64,000 nucleotides of DNA from Azolla caroliniana (taxonomy: Eukaryota > Plantae > Polypodiophyta). Positions 12,071 to 27,754 of the stretch are shown here, in pieces (position 1 is the stretch's first letter; the number at the start of each line of letters is the position of its first letter). The position numbers and the translations under genes were made by a program. Below the pieces are notes generated by a model that worked only from the letters and a program-made list of their open reading frames with translations, made no database searches and had not been told where the DNA came from. Where the stretch lies: the NCBI GenBank assembly GCA_043228905.1, contig JBHGNT010000001.1, forward strand, positions 12,524,001 through 12,588,000. The letters are read 5' to 3'.

Positions 12071-12678
12071 TGTCGTGGGGAAAACCGGCTACAAGAAGAA
12101 ACAGTGACCTAAGGCATGTGAACCACAGCGTGCACGGATGCACGCAAAGTATAAAAAGTGAGGGAGCAAGGAGTTTTTCTATTAGGTGTAGAGAAATGGC
12201 CCAAGTCCCTTTTTTGTGAGGCGGTGAGATTAGGGTTCAAGATTCGGTGAGCCATTGTGTGGACGCATGTCCTTTCTTTCTTGGAAATTGCGTCTACATG
12301 CAAGATCCTTAAATAGTTCTGAATGCCCTCTTTTTTTTTCTCTGTGGCCATACCTAACAGTCATGGTTTTCACTATGATACATTAGTGATACATAATTAC
12401 ATGCGGGGTCGCTTTTAATGTGACATGCGTGGGCCCCCCGAATTTGGTGTGGCGGAAAGTGGGCCTTCATTTGTCATTTCGGTTGTGAAGGGATCCGGTG
12501 GTGTAGGGCCCCAATACGGCTTAAGTCGAAATTCGTTGACCTTTTGTCGTTACACTTCCCCTGCAAGAGGACCGAGTTCGAATGTACCATTTTTGACACC
12601 GATTATCTAATATAGCCCAATCCATTGAAAACAAAGTTTTCTAGGCATTTGTCCCATCCATGTTTGAAATACGAGTAA

Positions 12679-14085
12679 TGTTGCGTAACTATGCGTGCGT
12701 TTGTGAAGCTAGGCGGAACCACGGGGGCCTCGGACCGAGGAGCCGGTGAGAGCAGGAAGGTTGTCAGAACGGTTCATGATCACGAATCCGTGCCGGATCG
12801 GTTCTCGAATGCCGGGACTGCAAGCACACAAATTCGGGTACACATTGTTCCAGACTGGATGCCAGTTGGCAGTGACCAACTCTTGGCGCCACTCAGTTAG
12901 ACACTCAAGACAACAAGGATAGACTAGAAACAAGAACACAGGAAATTCGAGACACACGGGGAGACTCAGAGAACTAACGATAAAGAAAGGAAACAATAAA
13001 GAGTAAAACCAGCCGTGGTTAGCAAAATAGCTTCGAGCTCTCTACAAATACTCACGCACACTAGCGAGCCTCCGATTGGGAGCACACGGACTGCTAGCGC
13101 AAAGCATAGTTCTAGCCATACGTCCCATTCGTGTCATACTCAAACGCCAATATTCGTATCATACTCATACGTGAAAAGGCTCCAAGTATGATTGAAATCC
13201 ATACGCGGTACATAGATATATTATATATACATATGTTGTATATGGTGTACATAGTGTGTGTGTGAGGGGGGGAGAGAGAGAGAGAGCGTGTGTGGTCTAG
13301 AGAGAGAAGCCCTGTTTTGCATGTGTGAGGAGACAGTGATTGAGTGTATATCTAGACTCTAGAGAGAGAGAGAGAGAGAGAGGAGCTATGGGTTTTGTCT
13401 GTGTGAGGGAGTATGTAATATGTATATTAGATATCTAGATTTTGTAGAGAGAGAAAATCTGTCAGTTCTCGTGTGAGAGAGAGAGAGAGAGTGTGTGTAT
13501 ATGTGTCAGATGTCACTTCTATTCACAAAATATTATGAATATCAAAAATTAAAAAAACCAAAAAAAGTCAAAAAAAAAAAAAAAGCCAAACGAATATCGC
13601 GTATCATACGCGTACGTTTGCAAACGTTCACGTACGTCCAGTAAATTGGACGTACGCGAATATTAGGAACTATGGCGCAAAGAGGATGCCTCGCAACACG
13701 ACGACAGGGAAACCAGAAAGTGGGAATTAAACAAGAAGCCTCCAGAGCTCAGACTGGCACCACTTCATCCTCCCAAAACGTGGATCCCTCACTCAATCCT
13801 CTCCACCTCCTTTTATAGACCACGGAGAGAGAGGGTTGTTACATCAAGTAGTTAAGCCGCCGCTTTGGACCGAGATTCTCCTCGATCTCCTCGCATCATT
13901 CCCATATCCCACTGAATCCGTGTGAACACTTAAAGTAACTATTAAATCCTCGTTCCTAGCGCTTGTTAGTCCTTCATTATTTACATGTGTCCACACCCAG
14001 AGGCTAAGTTTGTCTATATATGTGCAAGCGCCCGATCCCACGCATCCGGCTTAATTTCTCCCTAAGGCCGGATTTTGCCACGACA
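12679..14085. mobile_element. Probable solo LTR or non-coding insertion in the integrase of G
   Basis: TGTTGCG...CACGACA termini. Removing it (plus 2 nt) restores the integrase frame KAVLVFQT. No clean TSD seen. Confidence 0.55.
13105..13674. mobile_element. hAT-type MITE
   Basis: TIRs CATAGTTC / GAACTATG. Perfect 8-bp TSD GCGCAAAG (13097-13104, 13675-13682). Subterminal CATACG/CGTACG repeats and internal GA/GT microsatellites. Confidence 0.88.
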
Positions 14086-15408
14086 ACGGCTTTTCTGATC
14101 GTGAATTTTTTTTCGTTCCGTCCTTGGTGCCAGTCCACAAACTCCTTTCAACAACGTTCTTCTTGTTCCAGAACTGTCGTGCTTCGAACCCTCTCTTCAC
14201 CGAGCTCAAGGAGTTGTTGTAAGTGTAACAGTTCGAACTGTTTCTCGAGGAGACGCTCCCGACTCTGTATCCGTAAACTTGGGATCTAGAATTCTATGGG
14301 CATTACGGCTTCGAGCCTGAACGCAAGCCGGAATGATGTCGACTAGATATTGGTCTTGAAAGTTGTTCGATATGCCCATAAGGCACTGTGCAGTTTCATA
14401 TCCGAGTTTGTGCGGTTCTCGTTGACGATCTTTTTCAAAATGTTTGTTGACGCCGCAAGTCCATCCACTTGTGGGTAGTACGGGGTGCTCTTTGTGTGCA
14501 CTACGGCGTAATGATGTGTGAGCCCTTGAATAACCGTGTTGAGAAAATGGCCTCCTTGGTCACTGATTAGTTCTATTGGGCATACGAAATGACACCAAAT
14601 GTGCTCGTACAAAAACTTTGCGGTGGATGTCGTTGTATTGTCCCATAATGCCTTTGCTTCGACCCATTTAGTACAGTAATCTATGGCCACTATGATGTAC
14701 TTATTACACGTGTGTGCGGCGGCTGGAGTAAATGGTCCGACAAAATCGAGACCCCACTTTTGGAATGGTTCGAGCGGTAGCACGGGCTGATGCGACATCC
14801 AGGCTTGTTTCGTCGGTTGGTCCATCCGCTATACGCTGTCGTGCCTTTCGGCTCCGGATCGTTTGCGTGAGTCGGGTGGGAACCACCGGGGTTTTGGACT
14901 AGGAGAAAGAAGAATATGAGATGAGGCTAGTAATGAATAGATTATTAGAAAGAGAGATAGAAATTTCGTGAATCCCACGAGTGTATTGTATTCGATTAAT
15001 CAATATTTAGATAAGAATATGTATTTAGATTGAAAGAAAGATATAAGAAACTTGTGAATCCCACAAGTATAGATTATATTATTTTCGTGAATCCCACGAT
15101 TATATTAATCGGTTGGTGTTTTCGGAAATATATCCAATTTCCAAATATTTCACACACCTATTACATTGTGCTCCCCATCCTTATGTAGTGATGGGAGAGA
15201 CTAAGCATAACTACATGCTTTTTTAATCCTTGCTTTTATTTGCTAAATATAGTGCTCATGCACGCTAGATGTGCATGAGTCACTTTTTAGTCGCTTGCGT
15301 TTTTCTATAAAATATTCACGCACTCTAAAAATACATGATTTACCTTTTAATAAAGGTAGGCGCAAATAAAGGACTTATAGTTATTAAATCTATTTGTAGA
15401 ACACTAAA

Positions 15409-15480
15409 GATAAGGTAGCATAATGGTAAAGTTGAGGTTTGGCTACGTGGAGGTACAAGGTTCGAATCTTGCCCTATGCA
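15409..15480 (+). promoter_or_regulatory. tRNA-like Pol III A/B-box module in the C1 LTR (second copy 18227-18298)
   Basis: A box TAGCATAATGG 15416-15426 and B box GTTCGAATC 15460-15468, 44 nt apart as in tRNA genes. Confidence 0.65.
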
Positions 15481-15570
15481 CGTGATAAATATCTTGATAT
15501 TCTTATTTTATTTATTGGTGATAAATATCTTAATATTCTTATTTTATTTATTTATATGTAATTAAATCGG

Positions 15571-17616
15571 TTATATTATTTTTACTTTTTCACGTAGTGT
15601 ACGAAATACACTACGACACTCGCCCCCTCCGAACCCGCACATCCTCCGGTATGTGCCGAAGTTGCCGATGCTCGTTGTCTCCCCTTCATCCTCTGTTTGT
15701 CCCGCTATGTCAACTTTGTCTCTCCATTTTGAGTAGACCCATTCTTTCCACCCGAACCATTGTCGCCATCCGATCCACCATATTCTTTGTTCATTCGTGG
15801 TAGTGTCTTTTACTGGGCTCTTTCTTGTCTTCATCAACCTTGACTTTTTTCCGGATCGCTCTCGTCCGATCAACTTTCGGTTTGATCGGCTTCCGATCGG
15901 ATTCGTATTCGGCCGAATCGGAATCGGTTGTTCGGTTTCGATTGAGTCGGTCTCCTTTCGGCCCGGTTTCGATCTATCGGTTTCGGTTTCGGTTGGCTTT
16001 CTTTTCCTCGTTTTCACCAGCCTCGACCGGTCCAACCTCCGGTTGAGTCGAATTAGCTTCTTTCCGGATCGATCTCGTCCGATTAGCTTTCGGCTAGGTC
16101 GGCTTCCATCCATATTCGCGTTCGGCCAAGTCAGACTCGGTCGATCGGTTTTGACCGATTCGACCCCTTTTCGGGTCGACTTTCTTTCGGGTCGTCTTTC
16201 GGCCGAATCCTCATTCGCCCGGTTCGGCTTTCGTTTGTGTCGTCTTTCGGCCGAATTCTCCTCCTTTCGGTTCGGCTTTCTTTCGGGTCGACTTTTGGTC
16301 GAATCCTCTTTTACCCGGTTCGGCTTTCTTTCGGATCGGAATCCCGTCCGGATCACCTTCCATCCTAATTGGCTTCCGACTTTACCTTTCTTGCCGCCAC
16401 CTCCCGTCTCTCCGGTCTCACGTTGCTTCTTAGACACAACCGCCAAAGTCTCTAGGATTAGTGGGCAGGAATCCTCAGTATTATCATCCTCCATTGTTTC
16501 ACCCATAGCCATATTCTCGGCTATCTCTCTGTCGTATGCATCGACTTCGACCTTTGTTTTCTCTCCGCCACCTTCCGTCTCTTCGGTCTCACGTTGCCTT
16601 TCGAACGCAACCGCCGGAGTCTCTAGAATCAGTGGTGGGGAAGTCTCGATATGGCCATCCGTCGTTGATTCGTCCATAGCCACCTTCGATTCGATGTCAT
16701 CTTTCGCGGCGACCTCCTCAATCAAGTCCTCTTTGCTCTCTTTCACTGCATCAATTATGCAAACATCAATTATGCTTACCCCTTTTTCACCCGATGTTTC
16801 GGACACTTGTATTCTGAAATCTTCTTCTACACTTGGGTTATCGGCCTTATCCTTCGTCGTTGTTCTTTCGCAAGACAAGAGGGTAGCTTGTTTTACACCC
16901 TCTTCCGTCGCACCATCATGTTGTATTTCGGCCTTCATATCGGCTCCATCGTTTGTCTTCAATCGACCATCCTTCATCGGCCATGTCGTTGACAAGATTC
17001 TCATCTTCCTCTCATCATGTCTCCGGCATACCCTTTGGACTTCGGCCCAATCTTCGGTAAGACCATTCGTACCTTCATCGTCTTCGAGTTCGATCCCGAT
17101 GTCCATCCTTTCTTTTCGATCGATCGATTTTACGAACATTAGGACTTTATCCTCTCCCACCAATCGTTGTTCCCGCTCCGAGAGTCGAGCAAAACGATGC
17201 TCGAACTCTAGGAATGCTTGTGTTGCACTTCGGTGGGTCTTCTCCGATGCCACCCATTCGTCGAATTCTTGCCGATCTCGTCCCTTCGATCTCTTGTAGT
17301 CATATGACTCTCGTAAAGCTTCTTCAAAGGACCCCCATGTTGGATTTTGTTGCCGTATCTTGTGGATTCTCTCTTGTAGCTCATCCGTGGCCACCCGATT
17401 GAAGGATGTCACTTGCAATCCTTCCGGTATCCCACATCGTATCATCTCCGCCTTGTAGTCACGTAGATAGCGTGACACATCGTTTCCGTTGAATTGTCCG
17501 TTTCGTTGTACGAGCCGCTTTACTGCCCCCGTGATCTCCGACATCACTCGTTGTTCTTGTAGCATCCGCTCGAACATCATCATCATCATGTTCATCGCCT
17601 CTTGTTGATTCTCCAT
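15571..17616 (-). CDS. Gag-like protein with long acidic and basic repetitive tail (~681 aa), no pol domains
   Basis: First ATG after the PBS is at 17616. Retrotransposon capsid-like N-terminus (GQFNGNDVSRYLRDY...WGSFEEALRESY), then duplicated acidic blocks and RPERKPNR repeats. Homologous to 23342-25500. Confidence 0.75.
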   Translation of the reverse strand: MENQQEAMNMMMMMFERMLQEQRVMSEITGAVKRLVQRNGQFNGNDVSRYLRDYKAEMIRCGIPEGLQVTSFNRVATDELQERIHKIRQQNPTWGSFEEALRESYDYKRSKGRDRQEFDEWVASEKTHRSATQAFLEFEHRFARLSEREQRLVGEDKVLMFVKSIDRKERMDIGIELEDDEGTNGLTEDWAEVQRVCRRHDERKMRILSTTWPMKDGRLKTNDGADMKAEIQHDGATEEGVKQATLLSCERTTTKDKADNPSVEEDFRIQVSETSGEKGVSIIDVCIIDAVKESKEDLIEEVAAKDDIESKVAMDESTTDGHIETSPPLILETPAVAFERQRETEETEGGGEKTKVEVDAYDREIAENMAMGETMEDDNTEDSCPLILETLAVVSKKQRETGETGGGGKKGKVGSQLGWKVIRTGFRSERKPNRVKEDSTKSRPERKPNRKEENSAERRHKRKPNRANEDSAERRPERKSTRKGVESVKTDRPSLTWPNANMDGSRPSRKLIGRDRSGKKLIRLNRRLDRSRLVKTRKRKPTETETDRSKPGRKETDSIETEQPIPIRPNTNPIGSRSNRKLIGRERSGKKSRLMKTRKSPVKDTTTNEQRIWWIGWRQWFGWKEWVYSKWRDKVDIAGQTEDEGETTSIGNFGTYRRMCGFGGGECRSVFRTLREKVKII

Positions 17617-19624
17617 CTCCTTGCCACCCGCCTTCACGTCGGGTTCACCAACTGTGTCGTGCCTTTCGGCTCCGGATCGTTTGCGTGAGTCGGGTGGGAA
17701 CCACCGGGGTTTTGGACTAGGAGAAAGAAGAATATGAGATGAGGCTAGTAATGAATAGATTATTAGAAAGAGAGATAGAAATTTCGTGAATCCCACGAGT
17801 GTATTGTATTCGATTAATCAATATTTAGATAAGAATATGTATTTAGATTGAAAGAAAGATATAAGAAACTTGTGAATCCCACAAGTATAGATTATATTAT
17901 TTTCGTGAATCCCACGATTATATTAATCGGTTGGTGTTTTCGGAAATATATCCAATTTCCAAATATTTCACACACCTATTACATTGTGCTCCCCATCCTT
18001 ATGTAGTGATGGGAGAGACTAAGCATAACTACATGCTTTTTTAATCCTTGCTTTTATTTGCTAAATATAGTGCTCATGCACGCTAGATGTGCATGAGTCA
18101 CTTTTTAGTCGCTTGCGTTTTTCTATAAAATATTCACGCACTCTAAAAATACATGATTTACCTTTTAATAAAGGTAGGCGCAAATAAAGGACTTATAGTT
18201 ATTAAATCTATTTGTAGAACACTAAAGATAAGGTAGCATAATGGTAAAGTTGAGGTTTGGCTACGTGGAGGTACAAGGTTCGAATCTTGCCCTATGCACG
18301 TGATAAATATCTTGATATTCTTATTTTATTTATTGGTGATAAATATCTTAATATTCTTATTTTATTTATTTATATGTAATTAAATCGGTTATATTATTTT
18401 TACTTTTTCACGTAGTGTACGAAATACACTACGACAACGCGTGGGCGTCCTTTTGAGCCGTTGGTCACCAAAGCCCTCCTTGCCATATCTTACACGTGGT
18501 CGCCTCTCCCTCATTATAGCCCCCGGTTATACCGCAATGGGCTTCCTATAGTACGGCGTTCTTCTCATCCTATTGAACACACCTCTGCCAAATGCCATCG
18601 CTTCCTTTATGGTACAAAACTATTTCAAGCAGGCAAAAGTTGCGGCTTCTGACCGCCAATCACTTCATTTCATCCATTTGTATTCATGGGGGTGGTAGCC
18701 CCGTGCTTAAGAAATAGCTCATATCCTCCATCTACTTATCAGGGGTGCTCTTGCCCGTCTCGGCGTTATTTGCTGAAATGCGTAGGATTCTGATCACTAA
18801 TCCGCCACTACATGCTAAGTGCCTAGTCAATGCTAGATTTCGAACTCGAATTCTTGCAACAACAGCATCCATCGAGCCAGTTTCCCAGTCAATGATTGCT
18901 TTGAGTCCAGGTAAAGTAGTGCCACGTGGTTGACATGCAAAATAAATTTTCGGCCCGGTAGGTATTGTCAAAATTTGTTGATGTTGTAAATCATACCCAG
19001 GGCTTCACGCTTGTTCGTGGAGTAGTTCTGTTCGACGACCAAGAGTTTCCAGCTAGAGTAGTACACCAACAAATCGATACCAATTGGTCTCGGTCAATTG
19101 CATTAGTGCGCTACCAATGGCTATATCTGATGCATCCACGAAAACATGCAACGGTTTCGTCTAATCTTGTGGTTGTACTACGGATGCTTGTTTGAGCATC
19201 ACCTTTAACGCCAGGTATGCCTTGTCCTCCGTCTTCTTACAACTGAATGGGGTGTGGTGCACCACCGCATGTAATGGTGTAGCGAAATTTGCCAAATAGT
19301 TAGCATCCAGTTGTGCCAGTGGATCTGCCCTAGAAAATTACTGAGGGCCTTTGCATTTTTTGGTGTCAGGGCCTCAATGATGGCCTTGATCTTACCTTGA
19401 TCGACCACGATGCCTTCTCGGCTGACTATATGTCCGAGGAGAGCCCCGCTTGTGATGTCGAACGCGCACTTGGCCGGATTGAGGCTGAGCCGTGCTGAGT
19501 GGCATTGTTCTAAGCATAATCGTAAATGTTGTAAATGAGCGGCTCGCGTGTCATATATTGCAAAATCGTCGAGGAAGGCATGTATGAATGCCGGAATATA
19601 TTCGCCGAAAATCTCAATGATGAT

Positions 19625-21010
19625 TGTTGAGATACAAGCTCAACATTGGGTACGTAAACCAATGTGTAGACTAGATGTGTAAACCGGGTGTGCAACGAGA
19701 GGTTGTAACAGTGCTTAAATAGGGAGGCTGTTGGATAGATATTCCGCAGAGGAATATATTTTTGGGAGTCCATATGAACTTGTATAAAAGTGCTCTCTAA
19801 GCACATCCTATGTAGAGAGTTTTAGAGTATTATTTTGGAATAGAGTTTTCTGTGGTCTGCTCTCTCTGTCTCTCCCGCGTACGCGGTGTTGATGAAGCTT
19901 TCCATTAAACCTTCCTTATCTTCCTTGTCTCATGTCTTTTATTTGTTGTTACCCGGCTGTGTCTGTTAAGCTTACAAACTTCTATTGCCGACAAACTTAC
20001 AAACCCTAATCACGGTGAAGAACAGAAGAAGGAAAGAATGGACAGAGGAATGGGTAGCTCGCTTCCGACGGAGAAGCTCGATAGAAGCAACTACGCAACT
20101 TGGTCGTACAAGATGCACCAGTACCTGCTCGGGCATGGGGTACAGGAGTTATGTCGATGGAGCTAATGACGCAACACCCGAATCGACACACAGATATTTC
20201 CCAGCCTAGGAACATGAGGCAAGCAGAGTTTTCTACTGCTTCGCATCCTTTGTGAGCGATCAACTTTTGAGCTACATTGAGGATGCGAGGACGCCAAAGG
20301 ATGCTTGGGTAAATCTGAAAAATATTTTCACCGCGAGCACCGTAGCCAGAAAGCTTCAACTCAGGCAAGAGTTGAGCAATGTTCGACAATGAGATATGCC
20401 AGTGGCTGATTACACCTCCAAGATCAAGAGCATCTACGACTCTCTCACCTCCGTCAATGTAAACATCGAGGAGGAAATGGTGTAGGTCTGCCTCGGAGGG
20501 TTAGGATCGAAGTTCAGAGCTTTCTGAACTACGGTCTGTACGAGGGAGAATACGTCGTCGTTTTTCGACTTACAATCGATGCTCCTAGTAGAGGAGAACC
20601 ACGCGGGTGCGTCAACGAGTACGCATGTCAACAACAAGACGTTGTACACGGAGGAAGATAGGCCCCTTAGTCGTGGCAGGCGAGGCGAGTTAGTACGCAA
20701 TGGAGGCAGGCGATAGGAGCAAGATGGAAGTCATGCTTGTAATTCCAACAATAGTTCCGGACCCTGTGGAAACCGGCAAATGTTGGTATTGTGGCAAGAA
20801 AGGCCGCAGGGAGAGCGAGTGCTAGAAGAAACACGCCAATTCGGCAAAAATCACATCCGGCTCCGAGCGGACCGAACAAGGAAATCGGCCGCGATCGCAC
20901 TACATTCAGGGCTCCGAACGAGCTGAAAATGGATCGGGCCCAGCCTTCGTAATGAAGCACAAGGCCAATTCGATGGCAGTGAACACCTCGAAACCAAATG
21001 TGGTGTGTCG
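19625..21010 (+). mobile_element. Truncated Copia element H: 5' LTR and decayed gag up to the protease start
   Basis: LTR start TGTTGAGATACAAGCTCAAC. Gag MGSSLPTEKLDRSNYATWSYKMHQYL from 20050, ARKLQLRQEL, CWYCGKKG. PBS not visible. Confidence 0.8.
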
Positions 21011-22521
21011 AAACCAATTTTTATCATCTCTTCATCAAAGGATTCTCAGTGATCGCACAACCTCTCATTGCTCTGACCCGCAAGGATGCTACTTTCGAAT
21101 GGACAACATCTGCTCAAAAGGCGTTCAACTTGCTGAAATAAGCCTTTACTATGGCACCAGTCCTTTTACATCCTGACCCAACTAAGCCTTTCCAAGTCAA
21201 AACGGATGCTTCCGATTTCTCCATTGGGGCGATCCTCTCTCAGCCAGATGAGGTTGGTGTGCTTCACCCGGTGGCTTACTACTCCCGCAAATTCACGGCC
21301 CCAAAAATCAACTACCTCATATACAACAAGGAGCTTCTCGCTATTATTGCTGCTTTTGAAGAATGGAGACCCTATTTAACCGGGGCGCAACACCGTATTC
21401 AAGTGATTACCGATCACAAAAATCTAATATACTTTTCTACCACACAAACCTTAAATCGTAGACAGGCGCAATGGTCGACCTTCTTTGCAGACTATGATTT
21501 TGAGATAATCTTTCAACCCGGCGCCCAACACACGCCGGCTGATGTCTTATCCACTCGGTCTGAGTTCGAGCTCACTCTGGAGGATGAAGGCTATGTTCAG
21601 CAGTCCCAGAGTTTGTTAAAACCTAACCAATTCTACAACTTTGCGACTTGCTTGCTCCGGGATGACTCTTTGCTCAAGCAAATAGAAGAAGCCACTACGA
21701 CTGACAAGTTCACCACAGAGGTCAAGGCAAGTATCACAAACTCCTCCCATGAACCCAAAAGACCTGATTTAGCTCGTTTTACAATTCAGGATAATCTTTT
21801 GTTTCGAGATAATCTTTTGTATGTCCCAGAAGGTCCTTGTCGGACAAGGGTGCTTCACGAGTGCCATGATGATCCACTTGTTGGTCATTTTGGCATTGCG
21901 AAAACCTTGGAGTTGATATCTCGGGGATACTAGTGGCCACAACCATGGAAATTGGTCAAAGAGTTCGTTAAGTCATGCGACGTTTGTGCTCGCTCTAAAG
22001 CATCTCATCATCAACCATATGGTCTCCTTCGCCCTCTCCCAATCCCCAAACGTTCTTGGGCCTCTCTTTCCATGGATTTCATCACTGACCTTCCTTTTGT
22101 TGGTGGTTATGACTCGATATTTGTCATGGTCGATCGCTTCACCAAGATGGCTCATTTTGCTCCATGTGCCAAAACCATTACCGGAGACGAGACAATCGAT
22201 TTGTATTTCAAAAATGTGGTTCGACTACATGGACTCCTAAATGATATCACTTCTGATCGAGGACTGAGGACGACAATTTGTTTCCAATTTTTGGCAGCGT
22301 CTTCCGCAAACCTTCGATTGTACTGTGAATCTATCTTCCGCTTATCATCTGCATACCGATGGACAAACGGAGCGGGTTAACTAAATCTTGGAACAATACT
22401 TGCGGTGCTCTCTTAGTTACCAACAAGACAACTGGGTTGGCCTTCTTCCACTTGCCAAGTTCGCCTACAACAGCTCTCTGCATGCATCTACGGGAGTTAC
22501 TCCATTTTTCGCCAACTACGG

Positions 22522-26745
<4,224 letters not shown>

Positions 26746-27409
26746 TAGCATCGGTCTCTACCCCACTTCAACATTTCGCTTCCCTCTGACTCTATCAATC
26801 CTTCTATGGAGGACCAGGCATGTCTCTTGGAGGATGTACATCGCGATCTTTCCTTGGAGCTCACCCTCACTGGCAAACGCTACAAGGAGCAAGCTGACCG
26901 TCATCGCTTAGATGCTCCCCGGTTCGAGATAAGAGACTTTGTTTGACTTCTCTGTCACAATATTGCCACCACTCGTCCTTGTTCGAAGCTTGATTACAAG
27001 AAGTTAGGCCCTTTCCGAATCATTGAGAAAATTGATTCCATGGTTTTCCGCTTAGAGCTACCATCCCACTTTCGTATTCATAATGTATTCCATGTCTCCC
27101 TTCTAGAACCTCACCATATATCTGAAATCCCCGGTCGACACCCATCTCCTCCACCACCAATCTAGCTCTCAACCGGAGAAGAATATGAGGTAGACCAAAT
27201 TCTTGACTCTCGTCTCTTCCGTCGCCAGCTTCAATACCTTGTCCTCTGGAAAGGGTACCCGATCTCTGAAGCAACATGGGAGCCGGCACATCATCTCAAG
27301 CATGCCCCAGACATAGTTCGAGCATTTCATGAATGTTATCCACAAAAATCGGCCACAGGTCCAAGGAGGCGACCTTAGAGGGAGGATAATGTCATAGACA
27401 GGATGCCAC

Positions 27410-27481
27410 ATAGAATGGTGAGGGTTGAACCTTTGACCTTCTGGTCTTATTGGGCAACCTTACCAATTGAGCTGCATCCAT
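27410..27481 (-). promoter_or_regulatory. tRNA-like Pol III A/B-box module at the start of the chromovirus 3' LTR
   Basis: Minus strand reads CAGCTCAATTGG...CAGAAGGTCAAAGGTTCAACCC, with A-to-B spacing of 44 nt. Confidence 0.6.
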
Positions 27482-27754
27482 CTATGCATTATTGTATTAT
27501 GTAAGACTCAACTTATTTCATTATAGATTGATCACTAGAACTTTCAAGAACCTTCTAGAGAATGCATCTTCATGCACTCTCTAGAAGTTTCCATGCACTC
27601 TCTAGAAGTCTTCTAGCTTTCATGCATACCTCCACATTCTTGTATAAATACTACGGTGCACCTTGATTACAATCAAGGTGAACACCAATTATGAAAGCAT
27701 ATATAGTTTTTGTTTATTTGTCTATCCTCTCTCTTGCTTGTTCTCTTGTCTAGA

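Larger units (their letters stand above)
14837..18436 (-). mobile_element. Gag-only (TR-GAG-like) LTR element C1, very young, tRNA-Trp PBS
   Basis: 782-bp LTRs 14837-15618 and 17655-18436, identical by eye, TGTCGT...ACGACA. 4-bp TSD ACGC. PBS 17633-17650 (+ strand TTCACGTCGGGTTCACCA = plant tRNA-Trp 3' end as I recall it). PPT 15619-15630. Confidence 0.93.
12071..19624 (-). mobile_element. Degenerate non-chromoviral Ty3/Gypsy element G (RT/RNase H and INT fragments), interrupted by a solo LTR and element C1
   Basis: INT core 14343-14825 (KWGLDFVGP, SDQGGHF). INT C-terminus 12430-12676 (FRLKPYWGP). RT-RH remnants 18440-19620 (KIKAIIE...LSNFLGQIHWH). Same lineage as the integrase at 58697-59824. 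Confidence 0.85.

Noticed and set aside
15409-15480. Genuine tRNA genes in the LTRs
   Set aside because: Only the A box and T arm/B box are recognisable. There is no convincing acceptor or anticodon stem, so they are reported as promoter-like modules.
15797-17299. 500-aa plus-strand ORF (also 24072-24911 and the many antisense ORFs within B, F and J)
   Set aside because: Ser/Phe-rich shadows of the coding strand with no recognisable motifs.
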